Counted from the stretch's first letter, positions 1 through 14,649 are shown. The stretch is DNA of 64,000 nucleotides from the human T2T-CHM13v2.0 reference genome, Homo sapiens (GCF_009914755.1 NC_060942.1); one strand, 5' to 3'. The notes: a model not told the origin generated them from the sequence alone. Translations and numbers: made by a program.

Positions 1-663
1 CTCCAGCTGCGTGCTGGGAGAACCACTGCTCTCTTCAAAGCTGTCAGACAGGGACATTTAAGTCTGCAGAGGTTACTGCTGTCTTTTTGTTTGTCTGTGC
101 CCTGCCCCCAGAGGTGGAGCCTACAGAGGCAGGCAGGCCTCCTTGAGCTGTGGTGGGCTCCACCCAGTTCCAGCTTCCAGGCTGCTTTGTTTACCTAATC
201 AAGCCTGGGCAATGGCGGGCGCCCCTCCCCCAGCCTCGCTGCCGCCTTGCAGTTTGATCTCAGACTGCTGTGCTAGCAATCAGCGAGACTCCCTGGGCAT
301 AGGACCCTACGAGCCAGGTGCGGGATATAATCTCGTGTTGCACCGTTTTTTAAGCCTGTCGGAAAAGCGCAGTATTCTGGTGGGAGTGACCCGATTTTCC
401 AGGTGCCGTCCATCACTCCTTTCTTTGACTCAGAAAGGGAACTCCCTGACCCCTTGCGCTTCCCAAGTGAGGCAATGCCTCGCCCTGCTTCGGCTCGCGC
501 ACGGTGCACGCACCCACTGACCTGCGCCCACTGTCTGGCACTCCCTAGTGAGATGAACCCGGTACCTCAGATGGAAATGCAGAAATCACCCGTCTTCTGC
601 GTCGCTCACGCTGGGAGCTGTAGACCGGAGCTGTTCCTATTCGGCCATCTTGGCTCCTCCCTC
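1..663 (-). mobile_element. LINE-1 5' UTR (L1PA2/L1PA3-like); element continues beyond the left edge of the window
   Basis: Reverse complement begins GAGGGAGGAGCCAAGATGGCCGAATAGGAACAGCTCCGGTCTACAGCTCCCAGC, the canonical L1PA 5' end with YY1 site. GGACGGCACCTGGAAAATCGGG, AATACTGCGC and GAGATTATATCCCGC match L1PA2-type rather than L1HS. Confidence 0.95.
212..520 (+). CDS. ORF0: LINE-1 antisense ORF0 homolog (102 codons, MAGAPPPASLPPCSLISDCCASNQRD...)
   Basis: ATG at 212 is in frame with ORF 143..520. The N-terminus matches the primate L1 ORF0 peptide. Expression is not shown. Confidence 0.7.
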   Translation: MAGAPPPASLPPCSLISDCCASNQRDSLGIGPYEPGAGYNLVLHRFLSLSEKRSILVGVTRFSRCRPSLLSLTQKGNSLTPCASQVRQCLALLRLAHGARTH

Positions 664-891
664 TGAAGGTAATTTTAAACTTACTTTCTAAACTAGTATA
701 TAGGTATAAGTCTCAACTTTTTGATTCTTATTTTAATGCTTGTTTTTATTAACCTTCACTTAGATGATTGCTTAATGTATCAATAGGCTGTTCCTTTAAA
801 TATACTTTTGTCATAGTGATATCTACTATGGTATATAAGTACCCTACAGCATAATGCAAAAGGAAAGAAATGTAAATTTGAGCATTTTCTT

Positions 892-1188
892 TTTCTTTTT
901 TTTTTGAGACAGAGTCTGGCTCTGTTGCCTAGGCTGGAGTGCAGTGGCATGATCTCAGATCACGGCAACCTCTGCATCCTAGGTTCAAGCAATTCTCATG
1001 CCTCAGCCTTCTGACTAGCTGAGACTAAAGGCACATACCACCACGTCCCGCTAACTTTTTGTATTTTTAGTAGAGATGGGGTTTTGCCATGTTGGCCAGG
1101 CTGGTCATGAACGCCTAACCTCAAATGATCTGCCTGTCTCAGCCTCCCAACGTGTTGGGATTATAAGTGTGTGCCACCACGCCCAGCT
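892..1188 (-). mobile_element. Alu (AluJ/S)
   Basis: Poly-T plus Alu body. 15-bp TSD tttgagcattttctt at 877-891 and 1192-1206. Confidence 0.95.
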
Positions 1189-1379
1189 GAGTTTGAGCAT
1201 TTTCTTAAAAGATCACCCACAGATAAACTGCTAATATAATTTTTAAAATACTGAGAAATTAAGAACAACTGCAAGTCTATAACATTTACAAAATACCCAC
1301 TGTGTGCCGAGGACTAGATGTTATTTTAGAAATTAAAAAATCTAATAATGGAGAGAGAACATTGTAAAAATAACCAGTT

Positions 1380-2630
<1,251 letters not shown>

Positions 2631-2935
2631 GGCTGAGCAGGGTGGCTAATTCCTGTAATCCCAGCACTTTGGGAGGGCGAGGTGGGTGGATCCCTTGAGA
2701 TCAAGAGTTAGAGATCAGCCTGGCCAACATGGTGAAAATTAGCTGGGCATGGTGGCATATGCCTGTAGTACCAGCTACTCGGGAGGCTGAGGCATGAGAA
2801 TTGCTTGAACCCGGAGGTCGGAAGTTGTGTTTGAACCCTGGGGTCAGTGGTTGCAGTGAGCCGAGATTGCACCACTGGACTCCAGCCTGGGTGACAAATC
2901 GAGACATTGTCTCAAAAACAAAAAACAACAAAAAA
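2631..2935 (+). mobile_element. Alu in tandem with the previous Alu, internally rearranged
   Basis: Alu body starts directly after the tail of the first. Linker is deleted and there is a short duplication in the right arm. Confidence 0.9.
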
Positions 2936-2941
2936 CCTCAC

Positions 2942-2965
2942 GTGTGTGTGTGTGTGTGTGTGTGT
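2942..2965. repeat. (GT)n microsatellite
   Basis: About 12 perfect GT units. Confidence 0.95.
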
Positions 2966-3192
2966 ATAATGCTAATATGCATAAGCTACCAAAAATCAAA
3001 ATGTTAACTGGGCTGCTTCTAAGGGGCATGTTTATGGATTTCATTTTTCAGATTATCTTCAAAGACATATTAATTTTGTAATCATTAATTTGTGCAAAGA
3101 AGAGTGAATTTATACAAATATGCATCTATAATACAAATCACTCTAACAGTTGAGATATGTATTCTTAGAGGGACACACAGAATCATCAAGGG

Positions 3193-3405
3193 CAATGATT
3201 CTTAAGTAGGCTGTGAATTTGTCCCACAGGGGACGCTTGTCAATATCTGAGGACATTTTTGTAGTTACAACTAGGAGAAGGAGGAGGTTGCTATTGGTTT
3301 CAAGTGGGCAGAGGCCAGGATATAGAATGCTAAACATCCTACAATGCCCAGGCCAAAGACTTATCCAGCCCAAAATGTCAATAGTGTTGAGATCAAGGAA
3401 CCCTG
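3193..3405 (+). mobile_element. MER20 (hAT-Charlie MITE)
   Basis: Matches MER20 consensus phrases ggggac..ttgtcaatatctg, gaggccagg..atgctaaacatcctacaatg, cccaaaatgtcaatagtg..gaaccctg. Confidence 0.85.
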
Positions 3406-3409
3406 ATGT

Positions 3410-4124
<715 letters not shown>

Positions 4125-4589
4125 TTAAACACATGAAAGAAGAATTTCCTGCAGCCCATTACAATGGTCATTAAAAAACTATGATAAATTTCAAGCACAT
4201 ATTGCCCTACTCTCTTTATTCTCAACTGGGAGTATTTTGAAACTATAGAAAGAGAATTTCTTTCCTACCTGAATATCCGGATCTCAGTTTTCTTGCCTTT
4301 TTCATTCTAAAAATTATAAGTTCTTTGAAACTAAAAACATTTGTCATTTTTAATAAGAAGATGCTAAATTTTTTAAAAAGGGCTTTTGTGATTTTTATTT
4401 AGAAAATCTAGAGCCAAAATTTTAGCATTTGATGCTTTATGCATTCACTAATTCCACCTAAGAAATTCTTTATTGTCCATTAAAAATTAGGCTAATAATG
4501 TTTACTTCATGGTCATCAGTATTAAATCCAATTAGACAAATAGACTATGTAGGACAGTACCTGAAATTGAGACTTGATGTGAAGAGTTA

Positions 4590-5000
4590 GCTCTCAATGG
4601 CTTCCCATTGTCCTTAGGATCAGAACCCAGTCTTTGACATGAACTTCTTTAATCTGGTTTCTTTTGCCCTCCTTTCCTTCAGGGGCCACTCTTCCCTTTC
4701 TACCAGGGAAGTTCCTAATCATTCTTCATGTGTCACCTGAAGGTCACTCCTCCAAGAGGATCTTCTCCGTCCTCTAGATTAGGTTAGATTCCTATCTGCA
4801 ACCATAGCATCTTATACTTCCCCAAACACATTACCTTTACAATTGATTATTTCTTCAACGTTTGACTTCTCTTTCTGACTATAAACTAAGGTGGAGAAAG
4901 AGGGAGTAGAATCATATATACGTTATTCATTGCTGCATGCATATCCAGTCCTTGGATCCACATCTAGGGCATAATATGTTCTCAGTAAATACTGAGTTGA
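4590..5000 (+). mobile_element. L2 3' fragment
   Basis: caatggcttcccattg..aggatca..., ending ctcagtaaatactgagttgaa like the L2 3' terminus. Confidence 0.65.
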
Positions 5001-5535
5001 AGGGAGCAATGCATGATATGATTATAACCCTCCAAAAGTAATAACTGAAAGCTGATTCCTTCTAATAAAATGAGATATTTAATTTGCATACAGTTTTGTG
5101 GCACCTGTAACAATTGTGGCATGTGGGTTGACCTTGGACAGTATGTTGGAATTTGCTTAGGTTGCCAGAGCAGTGCCTAGAGCCAGAGGGGAGGGAAAGA
5201 TGGCAGTGGAGAAAGCAGTATGGGGCCCCCAGGCCTTGGGAGATACCCTTCAGGGCTCACATTCCCTAAGGCTTTGCCTTACCTGCAGGGTTTCTGGCCA
5301 GCAGAGTTCGTATGCCAAGATGGTCCTGTGGCTGAAACAGCACTCCTGCCTGGATACCTTATGAACCCGTTTTCCATCACTTAGAACATTATCAAATTTT
5401 TTGTTACCATCAGGAAGCTATATTCTGGAGGTCTCTTCATACAGTTTCTTGGAGTAAAAATTTTTGAAGGAAATTAACTTACATTATTTTGATTAGAAAT
5501 TAATAATGATTATCAAATCTATCAGAGAAGGTGGT

Positions 5536-5893
5536 TGTATTAATCTGTTCTCATGCTGCTATAAAGACTGGGTAATTTATAAAGGAAAGAGGTTTAATTG
5601 ACTCACAGTTCTCTGCAGGGCTGGGGAGGCCTCAGGAAACTTGCAATCGTAGCAGAAAGGGAAGCAAACACATCCTTCTTCACATGGTGGCAGGAAGGAG
5701 ATGTGCTGAGCAAAGGGGGAAGCCCCTTATAAAACCATCAGGTCTTGTGAGAACTCACTCACTATGACAAGAAAAGTATGGGGGAAACTGCCCCCATGAT
5801 TTAATGATCTCCACCTGGTCCTGCCCTTGACCTGTGGGGATTATTACAATTCAAGAGGAAATTTAGATGGGTACACAGAGCCAAACCATATCA
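5536..5893 (-). mobile_element. THE1 (MaLR) solo LTR, THE1C/D-like
   Basis: TG...CA termini, THE1 consensus phrases, 5-bp TSD gtggt/gtggc. Confidence 0.92.
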
Positions 5894-5982
5894 GTGGCTG
5901 AATATCTTTTCTCCTCTCCAACAACATACTCATATGATTTGGGGTCCTTTAGTGCCAGCTATCATCAAAACTAAGAAAAAAG

Positions 5983-6095
5983 GGCCGGGTGTGGTGGCTC
6001 ATGCCTGTAGTCCCAGCACTTTGAGAGGCTGAGGCAGGTGGATTGCTTCAGCTCAGGAGTTCAAGACCAGCCTGGGCAACATGGTGAAACCCTGT

Positions 6096-6152
<57 letters not shown>

Positions 6153-6420
6153 TAAATATATATATGTATGTATATTTAGAGAGAGAGATATGTGTATATA
6201 TAGAGATATATGTATATATGTATGTATATTAAGAGAGAGAGAGAGCTGGGTATGGTGGCTCTTGCTTATAGTCACAGCTACTTGGGAGACTGAGGTGGGA
6301 GGATCAATTGAGTCTTAAGACATTGAGGTTGTGGTGAGCTGTGTTCATGCCACTGCACTCAGCCTAGGTGAAAGAGTGAAGCCCTGTCTCAAAAAAAAAA
6401 AGAAAGAAAGAAAACAAAAA
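5983..6420 (+). mobile_element. AluJ whose central linker has expanded into a (TA)n/(GA)n microsatellite
   Basis: Left arm to about 6097, (TA)n-rich tract 6099-6245, right arm to the A-tail. Confidence 0.92.
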
Positions 6421-6719
6421 AATTGAGAAAAAGAACTACATTGTTGGTGTAAAACTCAACTCTGTCTTAAACCACACAACACAAAACCAAATAATCTTGT
6501 ACTACTGACTGATCCTATCCCATTCCAGTTCTCCTCATTGAGGGACTTAATTTTCAGATGTACGTTTTGAAAGTTGACTACCTTTTTACAAACTTTTATT
6601 TCCTTATTTATTTTCATTTTTAAAACATGATGATATTGTTTTAACTGTATTTATGTCCTAAAATAAATACAACTTATACTTCTATGTACAACATATAAAA
6701 CCAGTTTTTAATTTACTAA

Positions 6720-7070
<351 letters not shown>

Positions 7071-7599
7071 TAAAATTGCTTACTTAAAGCAAATGAATGA
7101 GAAACATACTAAGTACAGATCATCTGTTAATAAAACAAAAATTTGAAATTGGCATATGAACGATTGAATTTAGGAATAGAGTGTTGTAAATTTTTTACAG
7201 GATAAAATACTTCCTCCTGGCTTGTAAGCAATGTGATGGGCACTTTATAACTAAAGAGAGTTTAGGCAGCATTTAAATAATCTAAAGGTCTTCATGATCT
7301 TTTGTTTCCTGTTGTATCATAAGCACTACGGCTGTTCTAACTGTAGGATCTGAAATCCTAGACCCTGGGGAGTAAAGGGTATCCACTCTTCCCCAACAAA
7401 TCCAGACATTGACATATAGTGACTACCCTATGTTCCCATGTAATTTACTATTTATATGGTTCAACCTGTTATGTTAATAGTGTTAGAGACCATTTAAGGC
7501 TTCATAAAGCACTTAACAAATGGGTAACACAAAGTAACAAATGGGTCAGTGCTGAAGAGTTGTTGACAGTAAAATCACATTCTTTTGTAAAATACTACA

Positions 7600-7800
7600 G
7601 GGAAGAATTGGGCTTTAGAGTCTTTATTTAAACTTGAACTCTCTTTATTAGCTCTGTAACCTGAGGCAAGGGACTTAACCTCTTAAAATGGAAGTTTCTC
7701 AATCTATCAAATGAGGGATAATATTGCTTGCTGTGAGAATATGTGAGATAATACGTAGAGTATGTACAATTACATGGCTATTGTAGTTGGTTGTTATTAC
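7600..7800 (+). mobile_element. MIR
   Basis: tagctctgtaacctgaggcaagggacttaacctct..tctcaatctatcaaatgagggataataat. Confidence 0.7.
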
Positions 7801-7810
7801 TACTACTAAT

Positions 7811-8252
7811 TGTTATGGGTTGAATTGTATCTCCCAAAAAGACATGTTGAAATCCTCACCTCTAATACTGTATGTGACTTATTTGGAAATAGGGTGGTTG
7901 TAGATGTAATTAGTTAAGGTGAGATCACACTGGAGTAGGGTGGGGCACTTAATCTGATATGACTGGTGTCCTTATAAGAACGAAGGGGATATGAAGACAG
8001 GCACACAAGAAGGATGCTGTGTGATGAAGAGGCAGAGATTGGAATGGTGCAGCTGCAAGCCAAGGAACCCCAAGGATTGCTGGCCTCCTGGAAGAGACAG
8101 GAGAGAATTCTACCAGAGTTTTGGAGGGTGCATGGCCCTGTTGGCACCTTGATTTCAGACTTCCAGCCTCCAGAACTCAGAGAATAAATTTCTGTTTATT
8201 TTCGCTATCCAAAGTACTTTGTAGCAATAGTCCTAGGAAACCAATCCAATGA
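7811..8252 (+). mobile_element. MLT1 (MaLR) solo LTR, MLT1B/C-like
   Basis: tgttatgggttgaattgt..atttggaaataggg..gacttccagcctccagaac..aataaatttctg. Confidence 0.85.
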
Positions 8253-8399
8253 CACTAAAGCTATAGATTTCACAAAACAGAAATCACCCACATAACAAAT
8301 TCTTCCCCTTTCTCTTTTTTCTGCTTAACCCAACTTTCCTAACACCTCCTTAGTTCTCCATGCTCCTCTTTGTACTCATTTTATTTTTCCCTTATATCT

Positions 8400-8700
8400 T
8401 TTCTTTTTTTTTTTTTTTGAGACAGAGTCTTGCTCTGTCGCCCAGGCTGGAGTACAGTGGCGTGATCTCGGCTCACTGCAACCTCCGCCTCCCGGGTTCA
8501 AGCTATTCTCATGCCTCAGCCTCCAGAGTATCTGGGATTACAGGTGCGCACCACCACACCCGGCTAATTTTTGTATTTTTAGTAGAGGTGGGTTTTCACT
8601 ACGTTGGCCAGGCTGGTCTCAAACTCCTGACCTCAAGTGGTCAGCCTGCCTCAGCCTCCCAAAATGCTGGGATTACAGGCATGAGCCACTGCACCTGGCC
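8400..8700 (-). mobile_element. AluSx-like
   Basis: Alu body with TSD ccttatatctttt on both sides. Confidence 0.95.
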
Positions 8701-10079
8701 CCTTATATCTTTTCTAAGTTTAAAATCGTATGTTAAAAGACACTGGCTTTAAAATATGGTTTAAAAAAAGCAATTTAGCAAACAAAAAAAGCCCACCAAC
8801 TAAACAACAGGACAAAACAAGAAAGGACCATGTGAGAGGTAGAAAGGGTAATTTTGCTAAGCCTGAAGGTTTGGGAAAAGAATAGATGAGTGAATAACAT
8901 GAAGTAAATAGAAGTTGGACATGAAAACCATTATTTAGATGAGTACACAAATGAAACCTTCCCTTAACCGATTCTCGCAAGCCTGTGTTTAGGAAGGGAA
9001 TTTTTATATTATAATTTCTACATGCTGAGTATAGTATAGAAACTAAATTTCTTCTCATTTGTTTTTCGAGATTAGTTTCTAAATTTTGTTCACTCGTGCA
9101 TTTTGGAAACATTTGGGTTAGTTTTCGCAGGACAAGTCTTAACCCTTTCATAAATGAACACATGAGAATAGAAGGGTACTTTTTTGCCTGTCTCCCCAGG
9201 AAAAGTAACTACAAGCAAGACACAAAGTCTTACGAGAAGGGACAAGGCAAGCCCCTCAAGCAAATGATTCACATTCCACTCTTATGCTTCCCCTAAATCC
9301 TGGAGTGTTCTTCATCTTCAACTTCCCAGGTTCAGACTGGCAGTTTGGATTCCTTTGGTGTCTCTTTGAATCACTGGAGGATTTAGTCTTGAACATATGA
9401 GCTGTGGGAATATGCAGTGTAGATAGCAAATTTACATACGTATATATTTAATATATATTAAATTATTAAAATAATTTAAACATATTTATATGTTTAAATA
9501 CATATAATATGCATGCGTATGTATATATATGTTTTTAAATTGTATTATTCTGATCATGTAATTCTAGTCCCAATTTACTAAAAAATACTGGTTTGATTTT
9601 CTTCTTTATTTTTTACTTTTTCTTTTCTTTCTCTGCCTCTATCTCCCCACTTTATTTTTCAGGAAAGGATGGAAAAGTAGGGGTGGAGGGCGAAGAGGTT
9701 GGAGAGGAGAAGGAGGCAGGGCCTGCAAACAAAATACATGAATTTAACACTTAATTATAGTTAAAGTAAGCACTATTTTGGGTCATAGGAAAACATGCTC
9801 AACGCTTCAATATAAATATTTGTAAGGGCATTGCCTACCATTTTTTATAATTATAATAAAAATTATCTTATGGTACAGCAAAAAAATTACATAAGACTGA
9901 TTACTGTCCTTGAGATATCTTTTAAAAAATCAAGTATGTAGGCAGATCTAGGAATTTAAAAAAATACAGTATGCTGCTGTATTGACATCTTAACATGCAG
10001 ACAATCAGATGTAATATACAAGTTTGCCTTAATTTCTGGAACATGTACATTCTTGAAAACTTCATTATTCACTGAACAA

Positions 10080-10305
10080 ACACTTATTTGACACTTCGCA
10101 TTATTTTAAGGGCCTTACAAATATTTAGTTATTTAATTTTTCTAACAATTTCATGAGTTAGGTATTATTACGCTGTATTTTAAGACAGGGAAACTGAGAA
10201 ACAAAGAGGTTAAGGAACTTACCCAAGGTCACACAGCCAAGTACGGGACTCGAACCCTGGCAATCTGGCTCCATGGCTGTGCCCTTAACCACTGTGCTAT
10301 GCCAC
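10080..10305 (-). mobile_element. MIR
   Basis: gggaaactgag..agaggttaaggaacttacccaaggtcacacagc..actcgaaccc. Confidence 0.8.
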
Positions 10306-11599
10306 ATCTCACAAATCACATTTTTATTAGTCAAAATTTTTATTTCTATTTTCTTATTAGGAGAAATCCCATGGTAAATTGGAAACACAAAAGACCATTT
10401 TGTTAAGTGGATTTTTACCCATCAAATTCATCTTACATGAAAACTACTTTTTCATGATGGTTTCTCTTAAAACAAGATCTAAGTATAATTTCAAATATTA
10501 TCTTTGTAATAGATACAAAATACAAGCATACAGAATTTTCCCTTTGACATAACAAATAATTTTGATAATCACATACAGCAGACTCCTGTCTGCCATAAAG
10601 ATGCAAAGCCTTATATCTGAACTTTGTGTTTAAAAATTCTAAAATTTCTTTGGCATTTCTATGCTTCATTTGAATCATGCAATATGTGATATTAAGAAGT
10701 GCTGGCTCTCAGTTTGGCCCTTTCTTTAAGAAAGGTAACCTTATCCACAGTTCTCATTTTTTTCCCTTCCCCTCTGGGTTATTTTCCTGTGGAGTAAGGG
10801 AATCATCAAGGAAGACTGCCACGTGGTAACAGAGAGCAATTTCAAACACACCCACCAGTGATGATCAGGCCACCAATGATGAGGTGACTTTCCATTTATG
10901 ACTCGATAAGGACAAGTAGTATCCTTGTGTACGGATAGTGCATGTTGTAACATAGAAACTGAGAGCTCGGTTTTGAATCCAAGGCAATTTTGACTGGCTG
11001 CTAGTGCAAAAATATGAATAGTTACACTTGCAGCCAGATGACAGAGAGATGATACACATCTAGTCATATCTATATATGAAAAACCTTGTTTGGGGAATTT
11101 ATAAAAAAATCACCAGAATTTCCCTACAGTTTCTAGGTGTTTTCTTTCCTATGAAACACACACAGATGCTTTTCTGTTGCTCTTGGACAAAAAGCATATG
11201 CAATGAGAACGTGTATGCTTTTCTTTCACTGCACATGCTATTTTAATGATTGGAAGTTTAGTAGAATTGCTAGGATTTGTTTGGTGCTGGATATCTTTAG
11301 GTATAAAAAGGAGAGGCGTCAGACACAGAGCTGGAGAGACTGATCTTATTCATCAAGACCCAAATTTTTTTAAAAAAAGTATTACTTTCCCTCTATGCTG
11401 TCTCCCCCACCTCAAAGAAACAACATCCTAAAACCACAAACCCTTATCTCCACTCCCATAGGACTGTGGGAGTTAGATGACTCAGGTCTTCAAAAAGAAA
11501 ACACAACATCTTAGAGAACAAGCTGTTTCTTTTAGTTGGAACAACAAGACAATAGCAAACAATAATACATAATAATAGCCAAGGTAATGCCATGAGCAT

Positions 11600-12420
11600 A
11601 TGACCTCACTCCCATTGTGATTTTCCTTAAGGACTTTTCTGGGAAGGTCCCAAGAGCAGATTTTTCTAAACAGCTGTGCAATATTCTCCAGAAAGGCCCA
11701 GGTCTTTTACTTCTCCTCTTTTCATGAGTGCACTGTGATTGGAAGGAGACCAACTGAGTGAGGGTGTCATCTTCAACAATCACCAGGCTTTCACTACAGA
11801 TTTCAAAAGAATGTAGCCCAACCACAGTAAGCCCTGATACAGGAGTCCTGAGAAAGATCCATTGGATTTTTGAATTATAGCTTCAGTTCTATAAAAAGTA
11901 GCAACTGTACCCACTGACAAAGCAGGCCAGTTCTCCAGTAATTTTAGCCCATGGTGTGTTACTTCTCATGTTGGCAGTTACCCGCTAGTGACCTGCTTGC
12001 TCTGGTTTTAGTAGTAGCTTTGAGCTGAGCTGGTTGATGTTGATTGAGGTATGAGAGAGGACAATTTTCAACTGCTGAAATGATGCAATGATGGCCAAGA
12101 ATCAGCAAATTCCTTTCCTTCTTGAGGAGATTGGCTATTGGTTCATTTATGGCTGAGAAATTGGAGATGATCATTTCTGATGAGTCCTGGGAACACTAGT
12201 GACATCTGGGCCGCTTGGATAGTCTAGGACTTCTCCCTCCAGGACTGCTAATACCACAATGGGCAAGGTAAGGAGGCCGACATTCCTGCAATGGCCCATA
12301 GCCAGACTTTTACAGTTGGTCTCAATCTGATCAAATATAGGGTTCCTATGAGTCCTCACCCAAGAAACAAATACAGATACCATTTAGGTCAATAATAACC
12401 CTTCTGTTTGGGAAATTAAG
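11600..12420 (-). mobile_element. Highly degenerate Ty3/gypsy (Metaviridae) pol relic covering RT C-terminus, connection and RNase H
   Basis: Manual minus-strand translation gives colinear motifs VIIDLNGICIC (like VIVYLDDILIF), VLDYPSGPDV (like ILDWPTPKSV), IISNFSAINEPIANLLKK (like FIPNFSxIAxPLTxLLKK), SFQQLKIVLS (like AFxxLKxALT) and KTRAS (like ETDAS), with stops and frameshifts. Confidence 0.65.
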
Positions 12421-12469
12421 CATCACCTTCGTTAGCTATGGGGCCCCATTTCACAAAGCATGACTGTGT

Positions 12470-12770
12470 GAACTGGTCTGGGTGTTGCAGGTTGATTTTC
12501 CCAGGAAGCAGACATTGAGATGGAGGTTGGCATGCAGGAATTTATTAGGCACTGTTTTGGGATCAACACCTAGGGGAGGAAAGGTAAGGAGGAGTAGGGA
12601 AGGATTTGGAAGGAGTAGTTGGGTTGTGATGCTGTCTCAGTGTAGGCTTCAGCCAATCTTATGGAGTCTGGAGGATGGGAAGACCCTTCAGAGTTTCCCA
12701 TATTGGGATGAGGGGCCAGACATCAAACCCCTACTTCGGCCTATTGATTTGGGGGCAGAGGCCATTAAAA
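12470..12770 (-). mobile_element. ERVL-class LTR fragment (LTR40-like)
   Basis: cccaggaagcagacattgagatggagg..tgcaggaatttattagg..ttgggatcaacacct, recalled as LTR40-type. Confidence 0.6.
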
Positions 12771-13497
12771 AAAATACTCAGATCTGTGTTTGCTGCCGGA
12801 ACTGGGGCTGTGTATAACGTGGAAAATTAGATGGAAGTCAAAGGTGAACTTGATAAGCTCAGAGAATTTACTGGCATTTTCAAAATACATTGGAGGGTCA
12901 GAAGCAGGAAGGTGATGAAGTGATGCAGGTACACAATATAGAGCCTTAACCTGTACAGAGAATGGTTGGTGTTTACTATGCATAGGTGTTATCATGGGCA
13001 ATATTCTAGGCATCATAATTAAATTATTATTTGTAATATGATTAAATTTTTAAATTCTTACAACAACTTAATGACATATATATAACTGTTCCCATCTTTT
13101 TACAGTTGGGGAAACTGATGCAGGGTTTGTAGACAGTAAAGACAAGGTGCTACCTTGGAAATCTGGACACATGGCCCAGGCTCTTGACCACTGTCTTATA
13201 TTGGCTCTCCTGATGCACTTGCCCTTGCCTTTCATGCATGCCCTTCAGGGTTACATGTGACTGGACTCCATTAGGGTGGAAGAGGGTTAACAGAACTTGC
13301 AAACAATGATGTGCAGAAATGGAACAACTAGAGTGGGACTATGTCAGGGTGAGGAGGCCTGGTACTGGGAGAAACAGGATCTCATGATCCTAGAGAGGAT
13401 GAAATCCAGGGTACAGGTGAAGGAATTAAATATAACAGGAAGGGACAGGATACTTACGGAGTAGGAATAAGAATAGGTCTTGTCATCTCTTAAGGAC

Positions 13498-13858
13498 AGA
13501 TAATGTTTGGCTGTGTCCCCAACCAAATCTCATTTTGAATTGTAGCTCTCCTGATTCCCATGTGTTGTGGGAGGGGCACAGAGGGAGATAATTGAATCAT
13601 GGGAGCAGTTCCCCCATGCTGTTTTCATGGTAGTGAATAAGTCTCATGAGATCTGGTGGTTTTATAAGGGATTTCCGCTTTTGCTGGGCCCTCATTCTCT
13701 CTTACCTGCTGCCATGTAAGACGTGCATTTCACCTTCTGCCGTGATTGTGAGGCCTCCCCAGCCACGTGGAACTGTGAGTCCATTAAACCTCTTTTTCTT
13801 TATAAATTACCCAGTCTCAAGTATGTCTTTATCAGCAGCATGAAAATAGACTAATACA
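13498..13858 (+). mobile_element. THE1B solo LTR
   Basis: THE1B consensus, ends ctaataca. 5-bp TSD aggac at 13493-13497 and 13859-13863. Confidence 0.93.
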
Positions 13859-14649
13859 AGGACACACTGATGTAAATTTCTTTCATTTATGTGTCAATCA
13901 CTTCCATCCATAATGTTGTTCTTGGTCTACTCTGGAGTCAGGCTTCTTAGGTTTGGCTGTTTCTAGCACAACTTTCTGAGATTCCACTTCTTCATCTATA
14001 AAATAGGATGGGGATTGAATAAAAGAATTCATCTGAAGTGCCTAGTACTGTGCCCAGTGCACCTAAGGCCCTGAATAAATAATGCCTATTTCCTCTCTTT
14101 AGTCATCCTCTGCTCTCCCCCATTCTATCTTTCTGTATATAATAGATGTCCGGTAGATATGTGATGATTGGCTAGGTCAAGTCTAGTCCTGTATTAATGT
14201 CTACATTCCTGTAGGCTCCATTAGGAAACTGAGCAAATTAACATATTCACAAGTGTCCCTTCATCTCCTTCCATCGAGGAGCAGCTGGTAACTAACTGCA
14301 TTAGAGGCAAAGTCAAGCCTGGTGTTGACAGACACAGATTCTGCACGAGCTTTAGCAGCCGTGTCAGCACTAGACACCCAAGATGACAATTAGGAAAAAG
14401 AACAAACAACTTCAGGGAAAAAGTGTTCTTAAAAGTAGTGAGCGGCAGAGTAAACAAGCAAACAGATATAAAGGAATCAATCACTCAATCACCACTGATA
14501 GCCTGCACTGTCTGGGGGATATTATCTGTTGGATGCAGCTGTGGAAAGGTGATCTCAAGACTAGCTTTGGATTCCCAGGCCTGTCTTAGGCCCCTTCTCT
14601 AGTCCTAAGAAAAATCATTTCACCTCCTTTTTGCTTTCAGTTTCATTAA

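Noticed and set aside
8720-9163. 147-aa minus-strand ORF
   Set aside because: No recognisable domain or convincing splice context; the hydrophobic tail comes from A-rich + strand sequence.
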